Positions 11,801 through 23,699 of a stretch of 64,000 nucleotides of DNA are shown here, one piece after another. The notes under the pieces were generated by a model, which was given only the letters and a program-made list of their open reading frames with translations, ran no database searches and was not told the DNA's origin. Every line of letters starts with the position of its first letter. Within the stretch, counting starts at the first letter, position 1. The DNA comes from Entomortierella parvispora E1425 (Eukaryota > Fungi > Mortierellomycota): the NCBI GenBank assembly GCA_020891255.1, contig BQFW01000002.1, positions 3,162,001 through 3,226,000 on the forward strand, written 5' to 3'. Position numbers and translations under genes: made by a program.

Positions 11801-12221
11801 CCTTGCCCATATCCAGTTCGCCGTCGTTTCCGATCAAGAGTTCGATCTGTATCTGGGTCATCTGGCCGGCCAACTCTTTCAACGTCATACTCTCGGCTAG
11901 CTGTAGAATATCCGGATCGATCGAGTTGGATGGCCCCGATGGTTGAGGATTCGAGAGATCTGCCTGACTGTTGTCCTGATACCAATAAGTGGGATCGGGA
12001 ATCTTTCCTCCATAAGTATCTTGATCTATGATCTGCTCCCTGCTAGTTTGCTGTTGGGGGTTTAGGTTGTCTGCTTCGACGAACATGGCGGATTGCAAAA
12101 GGACAATGACGACGACCGTGATGGTAAGAAGAAGGGCGACTGCTCTTGGAAGGAGAAAGATCCTTCGAGTGGTTCCACTACCTGTTATTGTCGTTGTGGA
12201 GGTGGATTTGCGCATGGACAT
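8882..12221 (-). CDS. Glycoside hydrolase family 3 beta-glucosidase, 983 aa, secreted or membrane-anchored; exons 12221-11746, 11649-11542, 11426-11209, 11121-10986, 10895-8882
   Basis: GH3 motifs: MTLKELAGQMTQI, PIIYGLDSVHGANY, WPRVYESFGEDP, CMKHFIGY, nucleophile VTDW, SITVLKN, GEKPYAE, NPSGRLPITYP, GLSY, LKGFEKV. Four GT-AG introns in phase; hydrophobic N-terminal segment. Confidence 0.93.
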
Positions 12222-12539
12222 GAGGTTTTTTATCTCGTTTTTTCTATGCGACGTTTCCAGTGGGCGGTTTGTGAATATGAAGAAAAAGAGAAGAAAGAAA
12301 GTTTGGAATTTGAATCTGAATGGCGAATGATGGGCCTCATGCATTGCAGCAAGCAATGGAATGTCTCATGGACACAGTGCGCCCCTCTTTTCGTTTCTGT
12401 TCTTTCCAAGCTCTCTCCTGGATTTTTGGTCTCGTTCCCTTGGAGCGCGAGTGGGGTCTTTGATATCATCACCTGCCCCTGAATCTAGAATTAGTGAGGA
12501 TAAAATAAAAATATAGGCGGTATTTTATTCGAAATATTT

Positions 12540-13297
12540 TCAATAGTCAGCCTTTGTGTAGGGATGGGTGTACGGGTGGGCTGAGGGCACTGGAGCTTGG
12601 GGCTGAAGGTAGCCCTGTCCATAAATGTAACTCAGCCCCTCCTTCTCGAACTTGACTTCGCGCGTGTACTGGCTGGCCACAAAGCCACCCACGCTCATGA
12701 GGAAGAGCTGAACCGCCGTGGCCACCCCAGCAAAGATCATTGTCCACTTGTAACAGTCATCGACATCGTTCGCCAACGCAAGTCCGCCTGTAGTGCTCGA
12801 GTACTTGCCCGAGTGGTCATCTTCCAAAAGCTGAGACTGGCAAAGAGTTTTGACCTCATCCTTCTCCCGGGTCGCCAGAAGGATGGTCCCGGCAATGGCC
12901 AAGACCGTGGTCAGAACCGTCACTGTCCACCAGAGAACAGAAAAGTTCTTGGCCAAGGCGTACCGTTTGAAAAAGACAGAGAATAGACCGCACACCCCAA
13001 GCAGACCATACACACCCGTGGCCACATAGGCTGCAATCTTGGAAGTGGAATCTACAATCGTAATAACGAGAAAAAAAGACGTTGGAAAACAGCGGATTAG
13101 TTGGTGCTGGAATGAAAGATGTGCGTCAATCTTTTTTTCCCTCTTTCTCACTTACCGGTGATTTTGGATCCGGTTCTCAGCACATTCCAAAGTGTGGCAG
13201 CACCGAGCGCCAAGGACAGGATGGAGAAGAAGGCGACAGCAAGGCGGTAAGGGATACAGAAACAGCAGTGGTTGCGCTTTGGTGAGTTGTACGACAT
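12540..13297 (-). CDS. Four-transmembrane (tetraspanin-like topology) protein, 217 aa; exons 13297-13156, 13051-12540
   Basis: N-terminal CCFCIPYR motif, four hydrophobic segments, a Cys pair in the large loop (TLCQ...DDCY), and one phase-1 GT-AG intron. Confidence 0.8.
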
Positions 13298-14029
13298 GGT
13301 TATAGTAGCGTGTGCTTTGTAAGTGGAGCAGGAAGTTGTCGATCTATTGTTTTGAGTGCAGAGATAGAAAATGTGGAGGAACGAGTCGTTCACAAAGTCG
13401 ATATGAACGTTGGAAAGGAGGAGAGGGTGTCGAGAAAAACAGATAGGTTCCGGGAAGAGAGCCAAGAAAACACGCAGTATTTATATTCTTTCAGCCAAAC
13501 AGTAGCGCCGCCCCCTGAGCAAAAACAACATCATTTTCCCGTCCCAGCACAACCTGGCAAAGATAGCAAAGGCACTGTCATCGTGAACCTGGGCAGGTCT
13601 CACAGCCCTGGGTAGGCTGGGCTGACGCTTTTTTTTTTTTTTTTTTGTTTCCCTCTTGGATGGGCCAACCCAAACCAAAACAAACATAGCTATCGCCCCT
13701 GCGCCACAGAGAGAAGGGAGGTGGCAATGCAACTGGAGATAGGGCAGCAAGAATGCAAAGAGATAAAAGAGAGGGGTAACGAAAGGCCAGCAGTGCAGTG
13801 CTCTGGATCTTACTCGGATTTCTTGATTGAGGCGGTGTTCCCCCAAAAATAGAAAAACAACGCGGCAGTCGCGTTTTTTCTTTGGACTTCTCTTTGCATG
13901 CGAATTGTATGTTTTATTAGAGGTAGGAGAGAAGGATGCCTACAATGCACGATAGGGTGCCAAATTATATAAAGTAGATGAGAGTGGGGAGAGGGCAACA
14001 GATGCACAACAAACAAAGCAGCGATATCC

Positions 14030-16082
14030 TTAAGACAACAACTGCTCCTGCTTGGTGGCATGCGCGCGCATGCCAGGGCCACGCAGCTTGACGATGAAGA
14101 ACAAGAGCATGCAGCTAATGTTAAGAACAGCTTGGATCAAGCCATAGAATCCATACCCAACGTGGTCAACGATAATCTGTGCAATCAACGAGAAAATACA
14201 AGCGAGGACCATTCTCAGAAGGTTGGCGGCGGCCATCGCTGAGGATCCCTGACCAGGGATACAGTTGACCATGTAAGCAGCACCAGCTGACAAAACCTGG
14301 GCCATACCGAAGTTGTAGATACCGAAACCCACAATGGGCGCCGCGATGTTCAAATGCTTCTCAGCACCCCAACCAAACAAAAGCGATCCCAATGGAACGA
14401 TGACAAAACCAGCAACCCACATGTTGGTAGAAAGTCGATCCTCCAAGAGAGACTCGCCATTGGCTCTCTTGGCCTTGGATCTCTTCAACGACAGATCAGA
14501 GAGACGACCACCAAGCATAGATCCAAAGATACTTCCAAAACCAGCAGACAGGTACGTGTATCCAACTTGAGCTTCTGACAGACCATAGAAGTCTGTGTAC
14601 AGCACAGGCGTAATCGTCTCAACTATAGAAAGAGGAAAAGAAGGAAAGTGGTAATGTGTCAGCAAACAACTCAAGATTGAAAATTGTCTAGGCGATCAAG
14701 GGTTGGTTTGCTTACTGGAAAACATCAGGGCAAAGATCATGCCTGTCTCAATAGAGGACAAAAGCACGACGGGGTATTTGAGGAGCATCACGGCCTTGAA
14801 TGGATTATAGCCCTTTTTGACAGGCTCTTCGACCTCAACTCCGCTTGCCTTGGCTGCTTCAGCCTCAGTCTTTCGTCTCTGCTCTTCAGCCAAGGCTTCG
14901 GGCTCTTGGCGGTAGGTCTCTGGCAAGAGAAAAAACAGCTCGAGAATAACAATTGCACTCACGATAGCCATAAAGAAGAAGGTTGAAGGCCAGCCAAAGG
15001 CCTGAGCGAGAAGACCACCAATTGGGGGCCCCAAGACAGGTCCCAGGAACTGGCCCAAGAACATGAGTCCCATGGCGGTTCCTTGCTCTGTTGGCAACTG
15101 GAAAGAGCAACACAATAAAGATATTAGATGGTCAGTACGAGGCAGACTAATTTTACGCGTCAGTTGCGCCATCCGGTGCACAGGTGCACGGGTGCACAGT
15201 GTGCATGGATAAAACTTACGTAGATATCAGCAACAGAGCCAGCACCCAAAACAGAGGCACCGCTGGATCCGATAGCTTGGAAGACACGGGCAACAATGAG
15301 AGTTGGAGCACTCTTTGCGAATCCGCCACCCAAGGACGCCAGAGCAAAGACCATGGTGAATACAATATAGAGAACACGGCGGATCTTGAATCGATCCGAG
15401 ATCGTGGAGGTTAACAGTGGACTGACACCCATGAAAAGAATGAAGAGCGAAACGGAGGCATTGATAGTGGTTTGAGAGGCATTGAGATCCTTGGTGATTT
15501 GAACCAGGGACGGGAACTATTGCATGCAGGTGAGCAGCAGGACAAGGAGCACAAAAAAAATGGGGCGTCAGTTTACAGTAATAAGTGGAAGAGCTGTTGG
15601 ATCGGGGTGTTGATTTTTTTGTCGATCCGCTCCAAAATAGGAGAAATAAAATAAAAAAACCAGACTATCGACCGTTCAACGCCCTCATCTTATCAGATTT
15701 AGGCATGAACGTCTGTCAGCACAGCAAGGTAGGATGCAAACGGTGGACATACGTAGATTGTGCTGGAGAAGCCACCGAGGCAGCCAGCCTGGGAGATGAC
15801 AGCGAGGATGATGCCCTTGCGCACTCTTGAAAGCTCCACCCGAGGATCACCACGGACAGGCGGGCTGATCATAAAACGGCTCTGCCAGTATCCAAGTTTT
15901 TCGGTACTGGTGGGATAATAAACAGACATTTTTTCGCCCAATTGATCCTCCTCAACCTCCTCTTTGCCAGTAGAGGTGATTGTACCCTCGGGGTCGTTGT
16001 GAAGGTCCTCGACGACATGGTGGTGGTGAGGATGAGATGCTGCATCTTCAAGAGATGACTCCTTTGGGTGCTGGTCAGTCAT
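14030..16082 (-). CDS. MFS transporter, DHA1-like drug:H+ antiporter family, 533 aa; exons 16082-15753, 15516-15220, 15097-14716, 14622-14030
   Basis: Motifs: STIYFPSLVQITKDLNAS, STISDRFKIRR, ARVFQAIGSSGASVLGAGSVADIY, GPVLGPPIGG, LPET, GGRLSD. Three GT-AG introns in phase. Confidence 0.92.
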
Positions 16083-17258
16083 GCAGATGTGAATCAGTCA
16101 GTGGAATGAGGACGGAGAGTGAGGAAGGGAGAGGAGAAAAGAGGGGTAGGTCGAGGCAAATCGATGGTGCTTGAGGAAGAGAAGGGGGAAAGACGGTGTA
16201 TTATAAGCAAAAAAGAAAAACTGCGAAGTGAGCGTTGGCCGGATGTAATAAACCCCTTGCGGTTTGTAAAAAAAAAAAGTCTGAGAGAAAAAAGGTTGCC
16301 AGACGCCACCGCAAAATCTAGGGTGGCGTTGCTGCCATTTGTCAGACAGTTGAAGGAGTTTGGGCGGAGTCATCCGTTGTTGGGCTCGCCACTCAGAGAT
16401 GACCTAACGTTCCTGGAAGGGCAAATTGTTGGTCTCCCCCGGTCAAGATCCAATTCCCCCCTCTTCTCCCCCGATGCAGTGAACTGTTGAGCACTCTTCT
16501 CTAAAGCTAGATGCCAGACCTTCTCTGTGGGCCTGATCTGCCACGATACGACGGAACATGGTCTTCCCCTGCAAGAGGGAGTGTCAATCACCTCTGTCGT
16601 ACCCTTAAGTTCATCGTTGTGAGGTCTAGGATCTGCTCGCATTTTGTTTTCTCGCAGTAAAACGGGGATTGTGGCCTTCAACCCAATCTCACCCACGCCC
16701 ACCCCTGGAATCGATGTGTGTGACCAAGGATGTTTTGATGAACGAGAGAGTGTAAACTTTTATCGCATCATCTGGTTGTTCCTGCTTGTCGGCGCGACCA
16801 ACGACCTGCTCACCCATTCTTGATATGAGAAGTAGAGCTCAAGGGCAGACCAGACGTCGATGGTATTTGAAAGTGGTGAAAAACCTATATATACCGTGGA
16901 CTCTGAATTAAACAACAAAGCTGTCTTCTTTTTCTGACTTTACACATGGAATACATAGAACAATGAGCCCAGACAAAAAAACGCCACCAAAAATTTGGCT
17001 CACGTTGATCTGAGAGTTTTTCTGCCGAGAACCTGGGATCCAGGATTGTGAACAACAACAACAAAAGATGGAAAAATATTGGGTCCTGGAGCAAGAAACC
17101 TAGCCACCCCTCGACGGTGACTAGTATTCCCCCTTCAGCGCGTACTACGTTTACTCTGCTTTCACAGAGATGGACGCGTAGCACGACACAGCTCTCCCTC
17201 AAGGCCACACTGATACGAGGAGAGACTAGTGTGTACCACTGCAGTTGAGTGAAGTCTC

Positions 17259-17329
17259 TGCCCGAACTCGGATTTGAACCCGGGATTGTAGCTTCGCAAG
17301 CGATTGAATTCCCACTACACTGCACATCA
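17259..17329 (-). pseudogene. Degenerate tRNA-like sequence (tRNA pseudogene, His-like 3' half)
   Basis: Reverse complement TGATGTGCAGTGTAGTGGGAATTCAATCGCTTGCGAAGCTACAATCCCGGGTTCAAATCCGAGTTCGGGCA is 71 nt with A-box (GTGTAGTGG) and B-box (GGTTCAAATCC) at tRNA spacing. The 5' acceptor strand does not pair with TTCGGGC. Confidence 0.6.
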
Positions 17330-17696
17330 GTCCTCCACCCATTTAATGGTTTTTTTCGGTCAGTACCTTTGTATCGTTTTCACGTGACCTGAGGCATTGG
17401 TGGCGCAATTGTCGAGGAGGTTGTCTGGAGAACCCACCACGCCGTCTCCAAGTGTTCCTTGGGTCTCTTTATTGGCCATCTCGGCACATGCGGCTGCTTT
17501 TGTGGCGTTTCACTTAATATCTAAGGCTTCTTGGTTTTCGCCTGCACGCTTGGTCACTCTGCCAGTCAGTGGAGGAAGTCAGAGCAGGCGATCGCAAAGA
17601 TCATTCAAGGACAGTCACGACCCCCTTTGTCAAGGGCACCACCCTTCACCTCACTCCATTCACCTCACTTCACTTCATTCTACCCTCCTGGGAAAC

Positions 17697-19304
17697 ATGG
17701 CCGCAAACTTCTGGACGTCATCACACTCGCAAGTGCCATTGCTTTTGTCTCACTGGTCAGGAATAGCGCCATGGCACTCGTTGCCAGGGCCATGTCCACG
17801 TCCCTCATTTCTAACGTACCATCTTTTTCATGCATTAGAACTCATTGGATTCTGGATCGCAGGCAACTGGCAGAAGCAATGGCTGAAGACTTGGAATATG
17901 TTGACATTGCTACCTTAACGAAAATCAAGATGTGGTACTACAACCGTACGTTGCATCTCATGTCCTGAAGGAAATTCCAAGATGAACCTGAAGAAAAAAA
18001 GGGCAAACTGGACACGCCACTAATTTTCACCAACCTCTTTCCAATAGTCATTGGAAAGATTGGAAAGCGGTTGCAGTTTCGGCAACAGGTTATTGCGACA
18101 GCCATCGTCTACTTCAAGCGATTCTACACAAAGTAGGTTTTTGGGAGCGTTTGCGATCAGTCCCTCTGTTAATATCAGTCCCATTGTCCATCTAACATGC
18201 TTGGTACGTTTGTAGAAACAGCATCCGTTCCACGGATCCGTCTTTGGTGGCGGCCACTTGTATATATCTGGCATGCAAAATTGAGGAGTGCCCGCAGCAT
18301 ATCAAAAACATTATCACAGAGATGAAGCATGCACTAGCAAGTATGGACAGCTTGCTATCGACTGAAGATCAGGATCTAGAGGGCTCAGTGCAAACAAGGA
18401 CAGAGTACTCATCAAAACTGGACGCTCTTTACATTTGCTAGATCTTGGAGGATTCGACTATGACACATCCAAAGTTGCGGAATTCGAGTTTTACTTGTTG
18501 GAGGAATTGGAGTTCTATCTTATCGTATACCACCCATATCGGGACCTTACCCTTATCGCCAAGGAGCTTCGGATGGAAGAGTCGAATTTGCAGACCGCCT
18601 GGTATGTGAAAGTTGATTTCATTATCTGCTCTCTATGATGAGTATCAGAATATGAGCATCCATATAAGATCTGTGGATTCCTAACGAATACGTGGTGTTG
18701 TGCGCTCTGTCACTAGGTTCGTGTTGAATGATTCATATAGGACAGATGTCTGCTTGCTCTATGCGCCACATTTGATTGCTCTCGCGGCCCTGTACATTAT
18801 TTGTGTGGTGCACGCTGAGCGATACGTGGAGAATAACAATAACGCGGTCAGTGGTGACGACCCTTCAGGAGGAGGCATCTCGCATACTCACAGCAACATG
18901 CACTTGCACTCTCAGCTCCACAGTATGGCGACCAAAAAGTCTGGCCATCACAGCAATATACCCAACACTGAGGGACACGGGATCAACAATCGGAATATGG
19001 TGCAATGGTTCGCAGATCTGAATGTTGAAATCGAAGATGTAGGTTGTTTTTTTAGACTTTGCTTTCAGTACGCGTTGTAAAAACTACCGGAACGACTCTG
19101 CTAACGCTTGGGACAATTTGCAATGCGACCCTTTAGATCATCGAGATAACTCAGGAAATACTGTCGCTCTATAACATATGGAAGGATTACAGTGAGGAAG
19201 CTGTGCCTGCAATGCTCCACGCTCTCAAAAAAGGAAGCCAACCCACATCTCCGCAATCGCAACAACAACAACAGCAATCACAATCCACGTCTCAGCCAGC
19301 GTGA
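17697..19304 (+). CDS. SSN8: Cyclin C (Mediator kinase module), 332 aa; exons 17697-17728, 17839-17945, 18048-18132, 18216-18340, 18442-18601, 18717-19038, 19137-19304
   Basis: Motifs: [74 protein letters not shown]. Six introns in phase, the first GC-AG. Confidence 0.95.
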
Positions 19305-20697
19305 TGCACGCACCCCTCCTTACAGCAGGTGATCCCCATGACGAACTTTTCCACTCTGGAAATGGAAAACTTGCCTGTCGCCACAGGCGACTCTTTTTTT
19401 TTTTTTTTTTTTTGGACCTGTCCCGCAATCAAGATTCCCACCTCCATGGCGACACTTGAGAGATCCAAAACGACTCCGCTGCCATTGAATAAAGCAGATA
19501 TGGCGGTATTGATCAGCATTAGCTTCCGACGGACGATTGAACCCGTTTTTGGTTTGTGAAAATACATCTTTTTGAAGGGCGTGGAACGAGAGCTCTGAAA
19601 GAAAAGAAATCAGCGGAGAGGCGTGTGGTCCAAGTCTGGACTGCTGGGGACAGATGAAAATGGGGCCAGTGTCAGGGCAAGTATTTTGGGGGATCCAAGG
19701 TGGTGGTGACCCCATACTCCTGCACAGAGATATCCTGGACCTGACGATGCAAAGGCAGTCACTGCTCATCCATTGACAGGACCAACTCAGGGTTGGCGAG
19801 CGACGGGTATAGGGTTGTGCAGTTTGCCTATCGTGGACGAAGCGAACTAGCCTGATGACGCAGCGTCCTCGCTTGCGGCTCGAACAGAGCTCGTCTGATA
19901 CACAGAAGGACTAGGGGAGGGAGAGGAGGACATCGAGGACGTTGCCAGAAACATGCATCCATACATGGCCTGTTAATTTTCATCTTGAGACAAGATCGTC
20001 GCCAGCAGAGACAGAATCTACGAGAGCTGCTGGGACCCATGGGATGCACTGGTTCGAGCTAAAGACCTGAGATATAACCTCATGAAGAGTCTCGGCTAGA
20101 CACAGAAGTCTGGTGCAGTGTGGACAAGGCAGAACAGGATGGCATTCGTCGCCATGACTTTCAAGGCAAAGAACCATTCGTTAATCAACCTGCAACATCA
20201 CAGCTCGCGTCTGGACCAAGTGGGCAAAGTCAATGTGATACCTAGAGATTCGAGCGACATGACAACGAGTCTTTTTCTACTCCCAAACGAAGTATTAAGC
20301 TTCGGGGCACGGAACTCTGTCTAAAATCCCCACTTTACTCGTTGATAGTGCTTGGGTTGACGAACAAGAGAATACCATGAACACTGCTTCCTTTTTTGGG
20401 GGGGGGCAGGTTGGTTTTGGGGTGAGATAGCTACCTGGTGCGCGGAGACCATAAAGTATCCCGTTTTCAATGCCGCTATGAATGCCTCTTAATCCTGCAT
20501 GACTTGGCGGGCCGACAAAACCCACTCACGCGACTCCTTTTTTTGCTAACAATTGTGCCTGGGTTGAGTCCTCTTTAGGCGACCAGTTCGACGGCGGTGG
20601 CCTGTTGCCTCTCGTCGTCGAGTATCAAAAAAAGAGTGTATTTATGATGATCTGGACCCTTCTGATTCCCGCACATGGCACCTTGGAGCCAAGAAGC

Positions 20698-20743
20698 AAA
20701 AAAAAAAAAAAAAAAAAAGACGATGGATCCCAGATCAGCAAAA
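20698..20743 (-). terminator. Pol III terminator T-tracts downstream of tRNA-Glu
   Basis: T4 a few nt past the tRNA 3' end, then a T21 run on the minus strand. Confidence 0.6.
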
Positions 20744-20748
20744 GATAT

Positions 20749-20820
20749 TTCCCAATCCGGGGTTCGAACCCGGGCCGCCTCGGTGAAAGCGAGGAATCCT
20801 GACCACTGGACCAATTAGGA
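20749..20820 (-). tRNA. tRNA-Glu (anticodon TTC), 72 nt, intronless
   Basis: Reverse complement TCCTAATTGGTCCAGTGGTCAGGATTCCTCGCTTTCACCGAGGCGGCCCGGGTTCGAACCCCGGATTGGGAA. Acceptor TCCTAAT/ATTGGGA, anticodon loop CTTTCAC, T-loop TTCGAAC. Confidence 0.96.
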
Positions 20821-20953
20821 TGAATTTCTATTTTTGGTTGTGTTTCTTTTTATTCATAACTCTATCTCTCAACACGGAAATCCTCGTTTTTCGAAATGAA
20901 GTTCCCTGCGATCCGCCGCTTTTTTTTCCTCCCCCCCGCCTCCCCCCCCCCCC

Positions 20954-20972
20954 ATCTCCCCCAGAGATTCCC
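20954..20972. repeat. Left target-site duplication (19 bp, ATCTCCCCCAGAGATTCCC)
   Basis: Exact direct copy at 22081-22099, immediately after the A-tail. Confidence 0.9.
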
Positions 20973-22080
20973 GGCCTGAGGAACCGGGTACCCGTGCTGG
21001 CGGACACGCCTACGCAAAAGTACATGCACAACTGGAGACCGGACCTATATGAGGATGACTACTGCCGAGTCTGTGAATCCAATGTGGAGGACACAAACCA
21101 CATATGGAGGTGCCCAGAAACGCTGACGAGTCAATGCGAAGGCTGGGAAGAGACAATGGAGTTGGTAACCAGCCTTGGCAAAACACTGTGGGAGCGAGCA
21201 AAGAAAAGCTGGGAGAGCGAGAAGAAGAAAGCAGAGGAAGATGGCAAGGAATTCAAGAAGAAGGAACCGACGTTTTCGGACGAGACTGTGGACAGCTTTT
21301 GGACGATGCTGATGGATTATTTCCGAGGAGCAAGAAACATCAAGGCACAAAACCTACTGGACGACGATATGGAAAGAGAGGAAGTGGTCGATCTCGGATC
21401 ACTCGGATGGCGACCATGGACGGTCATCGACGCCTACCACGGACTGGCGCCGCTATTCCTGAAAGACAAGTTCCAGACATTGTTCTACACGACCCAAGAG
21501 ATCGCGAGCATCATGGCGGACAGGTTTATCAAAAGCATCGAGGACTACGGCCGAACAGGGATTTGGAATCCACGTTGCAAAAAGACTGTGGACTGGGAGA
21601 AGTCTATCGGAGTTACTGGTGTGAGCAAACGTACCAGGCCTGAGGAACCGGGTACCCGTGCTGGCGGACACGGAGGTAGCAACAGTAACTTTGGTAACTT
21701 TAACCGGGACAGGTTTGATGTGACAAGGATGAAGAGACTCCACAAGGCTGCGGACAAAGATGTCTTAGATGAATACCAAGGAAAGCGCGTGTTGAACGTC
21801 ATGGAAAGAACAGGGGGAGTGAAGTACTTCTTGGAAAAGGATCTCGGAAACTAGTGACGAACGAGCATGAAAGGCCACAGAGGGGACTGGACCTGGCCTT
21901 GCTGTAGCAGTGTTACGAAACCAGGGTGCATGGGCCGTCATAATAGACGGGTTGTGCAATGCAAAAGCATTTTATTTAGTCCGTTTCCCTTGGGTGGAGC
22001 AGGCGCACCTGCGTATGTGTACTTACAACTAACAGACAATAAACCCCGTACCTGTGAGGGACCCTTTGACAAGAAAAAAA
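20973..22080 (+). mobile_element. 5'-truncated non-LTR (L1-clade-like) retrotransposon, 1.1 kb: ORF2 C-terminus with zf-RVT-type zinc finger, 3' UTR and short poly(A)
   Basis: Stop-free frame to 21854 containing PT...RPDLYEDDYCRVCESNVEDTNHIWRCP (CxxC-x8-H-x4-C). 3' UTR of about 226 bp with AATAAA, ending GACAAGAAAAAAA, flanked by a 19-bp TSD. Confidence 0.88.
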
Positions 22081-22099
22081 ATCTCCCCCAGAGATTCCC
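22081..22099. repeat. Right target-site duplication (19 bp)
   Basis: Identical to 20954-20972. Confidence 0.9.
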
Positions 22100-23661
22100 C
22101 TTCTCCCTTTATTTGGAACCGTAGAACTGCCCCTTATTTTTTTGGAGCGAGTCCTCCCCTCCTTGTAGAGCCGGCTGGGTGCAAGAGAACACAGAGGACG
22201 CCGTAATAGCTTCAGTTAACTTTATCTTTTTTGGAAGGACAAGACAAGGATCTCCAGACTGCAGATGCGTGTCCTGGACACAATATCATGGCAAGCGGAC
22301 CTTGAGCATCATGGAAATAACAGGAATAATTTGGTATAATTGTGTTTGAAAAGACCTCAGGGAACAGAGTATGAGATGTTACTAGGACGAAAGGGTTTGG
22401 CTTTGTCGGGGCAGGATCGTTGACTCCGCCTAGGGGGTTATACGTCGCCAGTCCTCAGATACCGAGAGAAGGCATTTGGCACTATGGCATCATACTCAAC
22501 CTCCCACACCATAGTTTTTTCAGGAAAGGGGCAAGCATCTCTCGTACTGCCGTCCCCCTTGCCCACCTATTGACACTTTTTCTAGGCCCTTCTCTCTGTT
22601 GCGGTCTCGGTTTGTCATCAGCTTATTTACTCAATAGCACGGCAGATACTTCCATTCTTGGCTTTGAGAGGCGATTTGCGCGGCGACTACCTTCAACGAG
22701 AAACACAAAGGACCGTCTGAAGGTATCACATCTAACTGCATCATCATCAGTTCTTACCACACACAAAAAAAAAAGTGCTTTAGGCGCAATCTTGTCTTCA
22801 AATTTCTGTTCCTGTGGTACATCACCGACAGACCAACATCATCACCACCACAGCTCCTGAACCCCTAATTTGACATCCAGGACGGTCTCCTGTCCTGAAG
22901 TCCGTGGCCATTTGTTTGTGTGTGGTGTGAATGATAATTTATCGACCGGGTCAAAGAGACCCTTCTCTTCTGTTTAATTATACCGCAACGAGTTGTGGCA
23001 TCTGCTGCACAAAGATATGAGAGTTGAAGCCAGCCGGATCTCGCAGGTTCGACCAAGTTGTAGATAATTTAGTCCACACTCCATTTCTATGCATCAACAC
23101 GGCAAATAACGTTGGAAAATAAAAATAGGAGACAGGAATACATTCCAAGTCGAATCATGAACGTCTTGTAGAAGAGGAAGAGGATCTGATATCCATCCTG
23201 ACAGTTGGAAACAACGTACCTTTTGACATTTCAGTAGAGGAAGACGTCCCCATAGTTCGGGAACCCATATTCGTCATTGAGCATGCTAGGATGTACCAGA
23301 ATAGCTCAATGTCGCGACAATGCGCGTAATGAACGCGTTCATCAGTGAAAATCGCTCTCTTTGGCATGGTGTTGGATTCCATGATCTCTGGGTAAAAGAT
23401 ATGTAGCGTGAAGTGTTGTTATGATGTAGGATGGACTGAGACACTTGACAACGAAGGAAAGTGGGCGAATCTTAAAAAAGTTGCACATTTTTCGGGTGCA
23501 GCTGGAGGGTGGGCCCAGGCAGCACCAGGGACAAGTAGGGTGGAATGGCTAGAGAGAGAGGTGAGGCAGGGGGCATTGAAAAGCTACTCAACAAAGAGAA
23601 AGGGATTGTCGCCTGTCTGTCCCTCACTACTCCTTGATCTCGTTCCTGTTGTGTGATCTCA

Positions 23662-23699
23662 CTTGGATCTCGTCTCTTGGATCTCGTCTCTTGGATCTC
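23662..23699. repeat. 14-bp minisatellite (CTTGGATCTCGTCT) x2.7
   Basis: Read directly from the sequence. Confidence 0.85.

Noticed and set aside
19780-20560. Protein-like snippets (e.g. MTTSLFLLPNEVL, resembling an F-box start)
   Set aside because: Too short, with many stops and no consistent frame or splice pattern.
20820-21854. 344-aa ORF as a host gene
   Set aside because: The first ~51 codons are flanking DNA (tRNA upstream region, poly-C, TSD) that happen to be in frame with the truncated retrotransposon ORF2.
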